From positions 53,072,001-53,136,000 of the forward strand of contig NC_043003.1 in assembly GCF_006345805.1 (NCBI RefSeq): a DNA stretch of 64,000 bases. Reading direction: 5' to 3'. Both the position numbers and the translations under genes were made by a program. This DNA is from Octopus sinensis. Its lineage: Eukaryota. Positions within the stretch are counted from its first letter, which is position 1, and each line of letters begins with the position of its first letter. Shown here piece after piece: positions 11,231 to 23,699 of this stretch. The notes beneath the pieces were generated by a model. That model ran no database searches, was not told the DNA's origin, and worked only from the letters and a program-made list of their open reading frames with translations.

Positions 11231-11591
11231 TGTACATTTAAACATATAAGAGATAGCCATAACAGGACATCTGACCCGCTAGAAGGAGTAGTTAATCACC
11301 AAACCACTATTAGGGGTAATATCGAAAGGGAATGTAAAATAAAAACATTTACCATCTATTTTCTGTACCATGGTTTCAAGCTATCTTCAGCAAATAAAAT
11401 ATATATATGTATATATAAAATATTTTATTTGCTGAAGATAGCTTGGACCCATGGTGCAGGAAATAGATGGTAAATGTTTTTATTTTTCGTTCCCTTTCGA
11501 AAGTTCCCCTAATAGTGGTTCGGTGTTTAACTACTCCTTCTAGGGGGTCAGATGTCCTGTTATGGCCATATCTTATGTGTTTAAATGTGCA
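11231..11591. mobile_element. ~360-bp palindrome (two ~170-bp arms), probable inverted PLE terminal repeats
   Basis: 11231-11401 is the reverse complement of 11419-11591 with scattered mismatches; each arm carries an HHR-like motif. Confidence 0.8.
11362..11394 (-). ncRNA. Minimal type I hammerhead ribozyme motif
   Basis: Minus strand UUUG CUGAAGA UAGCUU GAAA C CAUG G UA CAGA: core CUGANGA/GAAA/UH intact, palindromic helix III (ACCAUGGU), 4-bp helix I, vestigial helix II. Confidence 0.65.
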
Positions 11592-11647
11592 TTATATATA
11601 CATATATATATACATACATACAATATATATATATATATATTATATAT

Positions 11648-11704
<57 letters not shown>

Positions 11705-11724
11705 GTTATAATTTATATTATATT

Positions 11725-11882
11725 GTCGGTTAGGGCAAGAAGTGTGCCAGCTGATCCTGATTATCGGAACACTCGGCTCGTGAAATTAACTTGTCTACCT
11801 CATGGGTACAATGTGGCACCGGGTATCGAACTCACGATCGTGCGATCATGTCCCAAATACGCTAACCACTAAGCCCACGCAT
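11725..11882 (-). mobile_element. Diverged tRNA-derived SINE head
   Basis: GCGTGGGCTTAGTGGTTAGCG...GTGAGTTCGATACCCGG, similar to the heads at 15012 and 18610. Confidence 0.65.
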
Positions 11883-11921
11883 CTATATGTGTGCGTGTGT
11901 GTGTACCTAGAGAGTGGGTTG

Positions 11922-11934
11922 CAGATAGATAGAC

Positions 11935-12012
<78 letters not shown>

Positions 12013-12015
12013 ATA
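11922..12015. repeat. (TAGA)n
   Basis: Direct reading. Confidence 0.95.
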
Positions 12016-12322
12016 AATACGTACATACATAATACATACATACATACACGCACACATACATAGACAGATATATAGAAAGAAAAACACACAGAGAGAATAA
12101 AGCTTTATAGAGTCAGTCACGAGCCTACAAGCTCATATGGCCAGACATGTACTTGGAAGGACCTCAAATAAATTGTAAGGGTCGTCGCCAACACATGATT
12201 GGCACTCATTTCCAATGAGTATAGATGCAGATCTAAGGGTCAGCCTAACAAATTCATGGCATGGCTTTCGGTACCGAGCAGCGGTATTTCATCTCCTGTT
12301 GCTCCAGTCTACTCAGCTAATA

Positions 12323-12323
12323 C

Positions 12324-12398
<75 letters not shown>

Positions 12399-12400
12399 CC

Positions 12401-12458
<58 letters not shown>
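12323..12458. repeat. (TATC)n joined to (TAGA)n: palindromic microsatellite
   Basis: ...TATCTATCTACCTAGATAGATAG..., centre near 12400. Confidence 0.9.
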
Positions 12459-12459
<1 letters not shown>

Positions 12460-12479
12460 CTGTCTGTCTATCTATCTGC

Positions 12480-12530
<51 letters not shown>

Positions 12531-12940
12531 CATGGGATCAAAAGTGTACGTACGCCGCTATATGTATATATACAAAAAACAAAACAAAGCAAAAAATGGT
12601 GTGTACCATTTCTCCGTTTTATATTTCGTCCTTGTTTTCGTATACATTCGCTTGCTTTCTTCCAAAGAATCTAATGCTCATAGCTAGATCTTCTTGGGGC
12701 CGGCCAGATTGAGCAGTCTCGTGTGTAACCGGCCGAAACTGCAACGACGAACTGGTACTCAACTGATGAAAGAAAGCTCCGAATGACCCGTCCTTGTTTT
12801 ATCCTGACTTTTTTTATATCGTCTAACTGTCCGGATGTTTTGTTGCCGCCTTGTACATTCTTGTTCCATTTATGCTTTCATATTTCTCTCTCTCCCTTTC
12901 TCTTCCTCCCTCCCCCTCTCTCTCTCTCATTATATATATA

Positions 12941-12982
<42 letters not shown>

Positions 12983-13065
12983 ACATATATACCTGTAAGA
13001 TTATATCGTATATCTAAATACATGTATACATGCGCGCGCACATGCATACATACGCGCACACACAC

Positions 13066-13098
<33 letters not shown>

Positions 13099-13126
13099 GG
13101 AAAAAAGCAACAAGAATGGATTAAAA

Positions 13127-13214
13127 TCTCGGTACGATCGTTTCGTACGAGGACATCTTTAATAAGCTACAAAAAATGCAGTGAATACAGATGGCTCGTA
13201 CTCGTCAGCCGAAA
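13127..13214 (-). ncRNA. Complete type I hammerhead ribozyme
   Basis: Minus strand: UUUCGG CUGACGA GUACGAG C CAUCU [30-nt loop] AGAUG UC CUCGUAC GAAA C GAUC G UA / CCGAGA. Helix I is 6 bp (one G.U), helix II is 7 bp perfect plus 5 bp, helix III is 2 bp with a palindromic GAUC loop. All conserved core nucleotides are present. Predicted cleavage after GUA, between 13133 and 13132. Confidence 0.85.
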
Positions 13215-13705
13215 AAAATCAGAGAATTCCCAAACATCAAAAGGGGTAGATATAAAAGAGGTTGTAGGATTAACTGCATTGAAGAAAGTTCGATTCATGG
13301 AGATCTGATGAAAGGTTTTAAACCTATAGAATTTATGCATGTCTACATATAGCTCATATTGGATATTTGATCAAGTTGTATGAAGAAATTTTCGGATACA
13401 GTCATGCAAAATTTCTGAAAATCCGAGTAAGAGGCAAAGTGACTGCCACATCATGTAGAGGAAAGTCTGAGTAAAAACATAGTGACTGTCATGTCGTGTA
13501 GAAGAATAACAGATTGTTATTGAAATTAACAAGAATCGCAGATAAGTTCGATTTTTTTGGAGATCTGATGAAAAAGTCTTGAACTTACAAAATTTGTGTA
13601 TGTCCTTATAGTTCGTAATCCAGTTTTGTGGAGGGATTTAAGGTACAATCATGGAGGGATTGTGGAGGGATACAATTGTGGAGGGATTTAAGGTACAATC
13701 ATAGA

Positions 13706-13767
<62 letters not shown>

Positions 13768-13821
13768 GTATGCATTCATATACAATATGCGCGCACTTAC
13801 ATATGTATATACATATACATA

Positions 13822-14044
13822 TTCTTTTATTCTTTTAGTTGTTTCAGTCATTTGACTGCGGCCATGCTGGAACACCGCCTTTAGTCGTACAAATCGACCA
13901 CAGATCTTATTCTTTGTAAGCCTAGTACTTAATCTAGCGTTTCTCTTTTGCCGAACCACTAAGTTACGGGGACATAAGAACATCAACATCGGTTGTGAAG
14001 TGATGTTGGGTGGCGGGGTGGGGAACAAACACAGACACACAAAC
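13822..14044 (-). mobile_element. SINE family C, tail half
   Basis: GTTTCAGTCATTTGACTGCGGCCATGCTGG...AAGTTACGGGGAC. Confidence 0.85.
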
Positions 14045-14058
14045 ATATACATGCATAC

Positions 14059-14121
<63 letters not shown>

Positions 14122-14481
14122 TGTGTGTGTGCGTGTGTGTGTGTGTACATGTGAAGGAGTGACAAAGAGAAAAGTTATTACTTTGTATAGCTTTGGTCAA
14201 ACCAGCAAATCCTGGGATTGACCTTATTTATTATTTATGAAGCTGTAATATCACAAATTAATCACACATATGTTGATGTAAATTTCGTATCTTGAAATAT
14301 TCATATTGTATTCACAGGTCATGCGCGCATATATATTACCTTTACAAGTGTACAAATTTAATCAACCTTACATAGATGCTAAATTAAATTATAATTTCAG
14401 AATATATCCTCACTGTACATTCAAACGTGAGTGAGAGCTCGTGGGTGTTAGTACATGTGTGTGTATGTATGCAAGAGAGGA

Positions 14482-14522
<41 letters not shown>

Positions 14523-15011
14523 TGTGTGTGTGTGTGTGTGGTGGAGAAGGGAGTGTTTGAGAGGGCGGAGAGAAATAGATTGTTGCACAATAACATAGGC
14601 AGTCACTGAGATCATGTTACACCTGGAAAGATACGCCTTCACTATTCACGAAGAGAGGATGACAAGCAACTTCCTGATTAAAAAAGGAACAAAGTCAAAA
14701 AAAAAAAATACGATAGAGAATACGGGTTGAGTCTGTTGTTATTCACATGGCTTTAACTGAATATCAGTTATACAACGTTGATAAGCAATTGTATCGAAGA
14801 GAAAATTGTCTCCAAACCTGGAAATTTATTTATGAGGGCAACCAAATTATTATCAGTGCGATTGCTCGACTTGGTATAGAGAGAAACCAAACCCTTCTTA
14901 AAATATTTCCCTTGTGTCTTTAAAATAGGGAGTGATGTAATATATAAGCATAATGTGAAAGCGTTTGCGACCGGAAATCTTGCGATTACAGGTATTCTCG
15001 AAAAGGGTGAA

Positions 15012-15290
15012 GGCGCGTGGTTAGGGCCATTCGGCTCATGATCGTAAGGTCGTGAGTTCAATTCCCGGCGGCGCGTTGTGTCCTTGAGCAAGACACTTTA
15101 TTTCACGTTGCTCCAGTCCACTCAGCTGGCAAAAATGAGTAGTACCTGTATTTCAAAGGGCCAGCCTTATCACACACTGTGTTACGCTGAATCTCCCCGA
15201 GAACTACGTTAAGGATATATGTGTTTGTGGAGTGCTCAGCCACTTGCACGTTAATTTCGTATCAGCTGGGACCCTCGTCGTCGCACCGAC
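15012..15290 (+). mobile_element. tRNA-derived SINE (family D)
   Basis: tRNA-like head (GTGAGTTCAATTCCCGG) followed by TGTCCTTGAGCAAGACACTTTATTTCACGTTGCTCCAGTCCACTCAGC, shared with 18325-18610. Confidence 0.75.
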
Positions 15291-16633
15291 GGAGTGCTCC
15301 TTTTTCTCGGAAAGGACTGACATGAATCTTTTGTAGTTTGATTGCAAGAATTTCCTGAAAACATATTGTTCATACATTGTTAAATTCTTCAACTTACGAA
15401 GCTCCATCGTGGGAGAGAAAGTTTGTGTTTAGGTGTATTTGTGCATATTGGTAGATTATAAGTGAGTAAACTTCGAGTGTTTGTACATGACTATATACAG
15501 TAACTAATATACATGACACAACTCATTAGGACCATGAGCTAACATTCTTTACGTGTGTAGTGTTCCGTTGCTATAGCTAGCCCTTATTGCACTAAGCTGA
15601 GTAAAATAAAATAAGATAATACAAACTGAAAAGAAATGAAATAACACATTTACTTGTAAATAACAGCCATGTTCAAAAGACAGAGGCATGTGGAGAGCGC
15701 GGTCTGTTGACAGACAGTTCAGTAAATCACTTTCTATTGTGCACGTTATATTCCTTTTGTAGGAAGTCAGATATTTGTAGCGTGACCGAATTAAAATGAT
15801 TTAGAACAGATGTTTTGAGAATAGTTTTGACGATATTTTCGTATTACCCCCATTTATAACGTATTCATACAGTTCAGTGTCTTTTAAAAGACATGGTCTG
15901 CTTTTTACTACGACCTTAATACTCGCTTTACAATATTCACTACGACAATGAATTTGGCGGCATTGGCAAAATGATGCATTTAATGTTCTTCGTTTGTATG
16001 TTACTGGTTTCTGTATGAGAGAATAACGGGAATAATCTAACGTTTATACATTTTCCAACAGGGTTAGGTGTGTTAATGAAAGGAAATAGTGCAAACTGAT
16101 TTTTGAAGCCATGTGGCAGACAAGGCTTACTGGTAGTTTACTTCCTTTTCTACAACACTTGTTACTTGCTTTATATGCTATTAATATATTTCAGTTTTTC
16201 GAATATAACAAAAGAACAATTTTTATCTTATGAATTATAATTTTTTAAACTTGAAATGTGGCTTTGATCATTAGTTGATGTCAGCAGTAATTTTATTCAG
16301 CTGAATACTCGTCATCGATTGGTTGAAATTACCGAAATAGGACAACTTTAACGTGGAATAATTTCGTAAATACAAGTTTTTCTCACAAATGCTAAGAGTA
16401 AAAGATGTTTTATATGACACATTCTACCAGTGTCCGAAGTTTGAAAGTGTTTAGTTACAAAAAATTATTTTTTAAATCTGTAGGTCAAAAGGTAAGATCC
16501 GTTGACGTCTTCTCCCAAAGTACCTATATAATATCCATATACTAAAATATAGTACCTAATGTACTACCTTTATAGTAGACAGTGTGACATGATTACTTAA
16601 AGCACAATAAAGACTATAGCATTAAATAAACTA

Positions 16634-16836
16634 AAGGCGTCGAGCTGGCAAATGCATTAGCACGCCGGATTTCTTCCATTTCTCCTGTTCGGAGTTCAAG
16701 TGCTGCCGAGGTCGACTTTGCCTTTTATCCTTTCGGGGTCGATAAATTAAGTACTAGTTGCGTACTGGGGTCGATCTAATCGACTGGCCCTCTCCCCTAA
16801 AATTTCGGGCCTTGTGCCTAGAGTAGAAAAGAATAT
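16634..16836 (+). mobile_element. SINE family B, monomer
   Basis: Head, one core, and the GGCCTTGTGCCTAGAGTAGAAAAGAAT tail. Confidence 0.85.
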
Positions 16837-16838
16837 TT

Positions 16839-17242
16839 AAAGGCGGCCAGCTGGCAGAAACATTAGCACGTCGGGCGAAATGCTTAGCGGTATTTCGTCT
16901 GCCGTTACGTTCTGAGTTCAAATTCCGCCGACGTCGACTTTGCCTCTCATCCTTTCGGGGTCGATTAAATAAGTACCAGTTACGCACTGGGGTCGATATA
17001 ATCGACTTAATCCGTTTGTCTGTCCTTGTTTGTCCTCTTTGTATTTAGCCCCTTGTGGGTAGTAAAGAAATAGGTATTTCGTCTGTCTTTACGTTCTGAG
17101 TTCAAATTCCACCGAAGTCGACTTTGCTTTTCATCCTTTCGGGGTCGATAAATTAAGTACTAGTTGTGTAATGGGGTCGATCTAATCGACTGGCCCTCTA
17201 CCCCAAAATTTCGGGCCTTGTACCTAGAGTAGAGAAGAATAT
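16839..17242 (+). mobile_element. SINE family B, two-core copy
   Basis: Head-core-tail1-core-tail2. Confidence 0.9.
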
Positions 17243-17447
17243 AATCCACTTTCAGTCTGCATGTCTATAGCAGAAAGAAATATTAGACTAATAAGCACTA
17301 ACATACATACTGCATCTCCCCTTGAAGACCGTTATCCAATAGATACGAACAAATAAAAAGAAATAGTAAGTTATAGTAATGGTAGCAGTTTTGGGAAATT
17401 AGCATAATCGTAACAAAATAGAAGGGAAAATCACATTTTGAAGAAAT

Positions 17448-17863
17448 TATCTATTTCTTTACAACCCAAAAGGGGCTAAACACAGAAAGGACGAACAAGG
17501 ACAGACAAACGGATTAAGTCGATTACATCGACCCCAGTACGTAACTGGTACTTAATTTATCGACCCCGAAAGGATGAAAGGCAAAGTCGACCTCGGCGGA
17601 AACTGAACTCAGAACGTAGCGGTAGACAAAATACCTATTTCTTTACTACCCACAAGGGCTAAACACAGAAAGGACAAACAAGGACAGACAAACGGATTAA
17701 GTCGATTATATCGACCCCAGTGCGTAACTGGTACTCAATTTATCCACCTCGAAAGGATGAAAGGCAAAGTCGATCTCGGCGGAATTTGAACTCAGAACGT
17801 AACAGCAGACAAAATACGGCTACGCATTTCGCCCGGCGTGCTAACGTTTCTGCCAGCTCGCCT
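17448..17863 (-). mobile_element. SINE family B, two-core copy
   Basis: Head-core-tail1-core-tail1 on the minus strand. Confidence 0.9.
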
Positions 17864-18324
17864 ACACATCACGCAGGTATCCTAGCATTCTAAAATGGAG
17901 AACTAATGATTAAAAGTAAATACTTGACGGTCAATGTAAATTATGTAACCTTGGTTAATGCTTTTCACAGTTATTTATAGAATTTCTGAATAAAGACAAA
18001 ATGCGTTCTAATTTTGATATTTTGGATCGCAAAGAAGGACATTTTGCAGGTGTGGAAGTTACACAACGCTCTGATGTTGATATTGTTAGACTTTACGAAT
18101 ATGGAAGAATTTGCGATTCACAGTAGCACTATTATTTTAGGTAAACGTTAACTTTTTGTAACCATCTTTACTGCAGAAAATTCCAGCGCATGAGGCGTTA
18201 GTTTGACTTTTACTGTATAATGTGCAAAATAAGTGACAAAATTGATCGTTCGAGCCAATATTTAGCGCCAAAACACTAGTCTACGTTATGCTTCTTCAAA
18301 CACATAGGATAGCACCTAGTAAGT

Positions 18325-18610
18325 TACCCTGCCAGGCACAAGTCCAGGCAAGGTTGGTTATGGAAGACCAGCAGTCGCCCATGCATACCGGCCTCCCCTC
18401 TCCACGCCACCAGTGTAATCCAAGGGAAAAGTAAAGGCCGATACAGCTTGGCACCTGAGACGTCGCAACTCATTTCTACAACTGAGTGAACTGGAGCAAC
18501 GTGAAATAAAGTGTCTTGCTCAGAACACAACACGCAGCCCGGTCCGGGATTCGAACTCACAACCTCACTATCATAAGCTCGACGCTCTAACCACTGAGCC
18601 ATGCGCCTTC
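18325..18610 (-). mobile_element. tRNA-derived SINE (family D-related)
   Basis: GGCGCATGGCTCAGTGGTTAGAGCG...GTTCGAATCCCGG head, then the GAGCAAGACACTTTATTTCACGTTGCTCCAG domain. Confidence 0.8.
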
Positions 18611-21600
18611 ACTAGTTTGATTATCACCCCAAAAAAGCCAGTTTTTTTCTATAAGGATTTAATAAGATTACTTTTGACAAAGTCCACTACTGAAATTTTT
18701 TTGGAAACGTGATATAATTGACTTATTTGATTCCTGTATATTTCTTATGTATACTTTACCGACCACGAATTACGCAAACCTACGTCGACACCGACACAAT
18801 TAAACTTCTCAACTGCTGGAAAGAAATTCAGTCCAGTAAAGCTGCAGCTGTACAGATCGTGAACTTTTAAGTGAATGAAAAACTTAAGAAGCTAGGGATT
18901 TCAAAAGGCTGCTTTGCAGTTTTAAGGAGGACAGCAGAGAAAGGAGATGCCGGGGAATGGAGTAGATTCTTGAGAATGTAGTATGTACTCAGAAAGTTCA
19001 AAGGAAATCATTATAATAAGTCCATGAAAGATAGAGAGATGGAAATCAACTGGGGTAAGAAGGTTGAATAGACTTGTTTATTTATCAACGAGCTGATCTC
19101 TTATTTGGGATGCAATCAAGAATGCATATATGAGAATGTTAGATGTAAAGCCTCCCGGGTGTATGAGCTGTCTGCAAATGAAATAAAAATAAAGAAACTA
19201 ATATTTCTTATTCCATTTTACTTATGCAGTGGAGTGTGTATTTTCAGTTTAGTGATCATCAAACACAGTAAAATTTAGCAATTTTAGAGAGTAGTTTGTG
19301 TGGTAAAGCTGCTGTGCTTTGGAGACATTTTTGCAACATGTGAAGCGTCAATATTTTAATATATTTTAGGGTAACTTGAAAAGTATATTCCTGAGGCAAA
19401 TTCTTTCTTAAGTTACGCTTAGGGAAGATGTATATGTTTTCTGAGATGTATTGAGGCTGCATATGGAGGAGACCTATGTATTAAAGAAGAGTAGGGGTGT
19501 AATTTTTAAACTGAATATAAATGGGCGTTAAGCATTGAGAAGAGAGTAGAAATATAAACAAGCTTCAACATTTATAGACTTGAAGTTTGAATAAGCCCTC
19601 CCAACTTCTGCAGTAGCGTAGCAGGCAAAAGGTTCCTACTAAGCCTGTGAGCTTATTGATCAGCGGAGTTCATAGTCAGACAACTTTTGTAGACGGTTTA
19701 TATATGATACAAAATTGAAAACTTAGTTGATATCAAGATTAAGAATTTCGATTTCATAGGGGGTTTGAGGCCCATTGGTGACATAAGAAGAACAGTTTCC
19801 AATAGATAAGATTCCCTAGATATCACACGAGTGGTCTCTAAGAAAGGAAATAGATTCTGGGGGAGAAAAGCGATACTCATTTATAATTGTGTTCATTAAC
19901 ACATATATTAGTTTTACTGAGAATTACTATTCGATGATTGATTCCGAAGGGATTGATCACAGTATGTGAATGGCTCTACACAAGAAAGTGGTTTCACCAA
20001 AACAGATATAGTAAATATAAATTTTTAAATGCATGTGTGTTTGTTTATGCATTCAGATTTTGGTTTTTGCCTATAGTTACGTGTAGAGATTAAATCACTA
20101 AATGTTTAAAGTAAAACATCTTATTGACATGAGCTGATACTTCATAGCCTTTACTCCCATGAGCTTGTATCAAAATTCATTCTTATCTTCCACAGCTTAT
20201 CTTTCTGGAGTTTATTTCAGAAATAATTAATTAATTAATTAATGTATATATATTATCGTCTTGTCATTCCTTATTCACTATTTATTTTCTTCATGTACAC
20301 AGACTACAAAATAGAACTTTTGGTAATTTCTAACGTACTTTGCTTGGTACGACAGTTTGCTTAGGTATTTGTATGTATAAAAATATTCACTAACTTTAAA
20401 GACATTTGTTTTTCCTTGTTAGTCGTCAAATAATTTAAAACCATTACAATGCGTTAATATTTCGCGCTTGCAGGAATCATATATCAGTAACTATTGTGCT
20501 TTCTTAGTTAAACACGCTGCGTACTTTTGGAATTAATTTAAGATAAATAAGCTAGCGTTTTTGTATTATATGTCTAAAATCTGTCGTATCAAATTTAATT
20601 TGGTTTCATTTTAGATGGTTCATTCATGAATTACATAATAGTTGAGATGGTGAAAGTATGTAGACAATATGTATTTAAGCAAGGCATCCGGCGCTTCTGC
20701 CATTTTCTTCCTGTCTGCAAATGCGTAGAAAAGTGATTTTTTTTCTATAGTAGGTTGCCACGTGTATGTTGAACGATGACTATTTCTGTTGATTCATTCT
20801 ACCAACGACATATTCACCGACGAGGGTATTAATTTCATCAAGTGTGCCAATTACTCCGAAAAATGATTGTTTCAACCAGATCTAAAATATGCAGCTGTCA
20901 CCACCAATTTATTAGAGCTTTTCACAAAATATTATATTTCTCTTAATTTAAAACGACCAGTGCTTCAACGTGGACACCCAAGTCGGTATTGTTTAACTGG
21001 TTGCTGATTTGTATTAACAAACAAAAATGATGACATCAATGCCTCGAGTTACTACCGTTTTTTCATTTCCTCCTGTTTCAGCGAGACTAAAAAATAGATG
21101 AATGTAAAGTCAACTTGACGCTGTTGTTGACAATTACATCAGCGATAATATTGATGGTTGCACAACAGACTTTAAATTGGAAGAGCTAACATCCTGTAAT
21201 AACAGCATGGACAACAGTGTCAACAGAAATAACAAAAGCATCAACACCAGTCGATTTAGAGACAGCATCGACAATATCGTCAACAGTTGTAACAGCAATA
21301 ACAACCCAACAAAATAATATTGATATTAAAAAAAATACAGCAAGAGCAACAAATATTAATATAAAACATAAAAACATTAAAAAAAAAATATTGTAGCAGC
21401 AAATAATATTTATGATAAAGACAGTGTTGCTAAAACTATAGCGATAAAAATATATTAATAATAAAACACCAGGCAGATATGATAATCAAGTTTGTAATTA
21501 ACAAAGAGAAAGTTCTACAAAGTATCAGACCATTTTATTAATGTATAGATAAACAGATAAAATAAGTTAAAACAAAACCCCACAGTGGTCAAACGTATAT

Positions 21601-22014
21601 TATTGTATTTAAAAGATGTATATACAATTATATGTTTATAGTATATATGTATTCATCTGAGCGTATCTTTCTCAATTACTTTCAGATAAGCCATTTTTTT
21701 TACTCTTTCTGAACATAAACCTGTCTTTATGAAGTGTGTGTACATCTTGCCTCCATACTAGGTTTTCGAAAACTCATTATTGTTTATGTGTGTATGTGTT
21801 TGGATGTATGAGTGAGTTGGTATTACATACTCACACACTTACGTAGATACACAGACACATACATGCGCACACCCACGCACACACGCATACAAACACGCAC
21901 ACACACGCACACAAACGCATATAAACACATATACATATATAAATGATGGTCTGTGTGCGTATATAAATATATATATTTACACACACACATGCACACACAC
22001 ACACACACACACAC

Positions 22015-22058
<44 letters not shown>

Positions 22059-22203
22059 CGTATGTATAGGGATATATATGTGAGCGTTTGTCTGCGTTCA
22101 TATTTATATATGTGAATATACAGATACACGTACACACACGCCGTATATATCTGTGTATACACACACATACATATACATACATATATATATATGGATACAT
22201 ACA

Positions 22204-22237
<34 letters not shown>

Positions 22238-22238
22238 C

Positions 22239-22273
<35 letters not shown>

Positions 22274-22978
22274 CATATTGTACGTAAGTAAATACATGTA
22301 CACGCAAAAATATATACGAACACACACACGTTAATATGTACTCGTGCGTGTATGTTTGCTTTCATACACGTTTATGTGTAAACATGTATGTAGATTAACG
22401 ATTCAATTAGCCCCAACAATAGTCTCAGTTGTACACCAAACAATCAGATAAAAGGAAACGTAACTTATACATAATTTTCTACTGAATATCAAACTGACGT
22501 GAAATGTTCTGCTTCATAAACATCATTTTATAAACTAATAATAATGGCAGTAAATGGTATAAATGCGTGTGTATATGATTACTTTTGTATGCATGTATGT
22601 ATGTATATATGTATGTATGTATATGTGTTTGTGGAAATAAACTTTTCTCCATACATACATACATGCATACATACATACATACATAATACATACATACATA
22701 CATACATATATACGTACATACATACGTACACACGTACGTACACACATACATATATATACATATACATACATATATACATACATACATTATATATATATAT
22801 ATATTATATATATATATATACGTATGTATAGGGATATATATGTGAGCGTTTGTCTGCGTTCATATTTATATATGTGAATATACAGATACACGTACACACA
22901 CGCCGTATATATCTGTGTATACACACACATACATATACATACATATATATATGGATACATACATACATACATACTACA

Positions 22979-23010
<32 letters not shown>

Positions 23011-23450
23011 CATACATATACATACATATATATATATATATATACATATTGTACGTAAGTAAATACATGTACACGCAAAAATATATACGAACACACACAC
23101 GTTAATATGTACTCGTGCGTGTATGTTTGCTTTCATACACGTTTATGTGTAAACATGTATGTAGATTAACGATTCAATTAGCCCCAACAATAGTCTCAGT
23201 TGTACACCAAACAATCAGATAAAAGGAAACGTAACTTATACATAATTTTCTACTGAATATCAAACTGACGTGAAATGTTCTGCTTCATAAACATCATTTT
23301 ATAAACTAATAATAATGGCAGTAAATGGTATAAATGTGTGTGTATATGATTACTTTTGTATGCATGTATGTATGTATGTATATATGTATGTATGTATATG
23401 TGTTTGTGGAAATAAACTTTTCTCCATACATACATACATGCATACATACA

Positions 23451-23484
<34 letters not shown>

Positions 23485-23590
23485 CGTACATACATACGTA
23501 CACACGTACGTACACACATACATATATATACATATACATACATATATACATACATACATTATATATATATATATATATATAATATATATA
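22059..23590. repeat. Tandem direct duplication, period ~762-772 bp
   Basis: CGTATGTATAGGGATATATATGTGAGCGTTTG at 22059 and 22821; the unique core is nearly identical and microsatellite lengths differ. Confidence 0.95.

Positions 23591-23699
<109 letters not shown>

Noticed and set aside
13305-13571. CTGATGA read as snoRNA C boxes
   Set aside because: No paired D box or terminal stem; better explained as a diverged tandem repeat.
18535-18610. tRNA-like sequence (also at 15012, 11810, 30110 and 48184)
   Set aside because: Poor acceptor-stem pairing and direct continuation into SINE bodies; these are SINE heads, not tRNA genes.
18850-19900. Possible decayed LINE
   Set aside because: No diagnostic RT or endonuclease motif readable in any frame.
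21186-21400. Mucin-like Ser/Thr-rich or hydrophobic frame
   Set aside because: A decayed AAC/AAT/CAG trinucleotide tract with no splice or start support.
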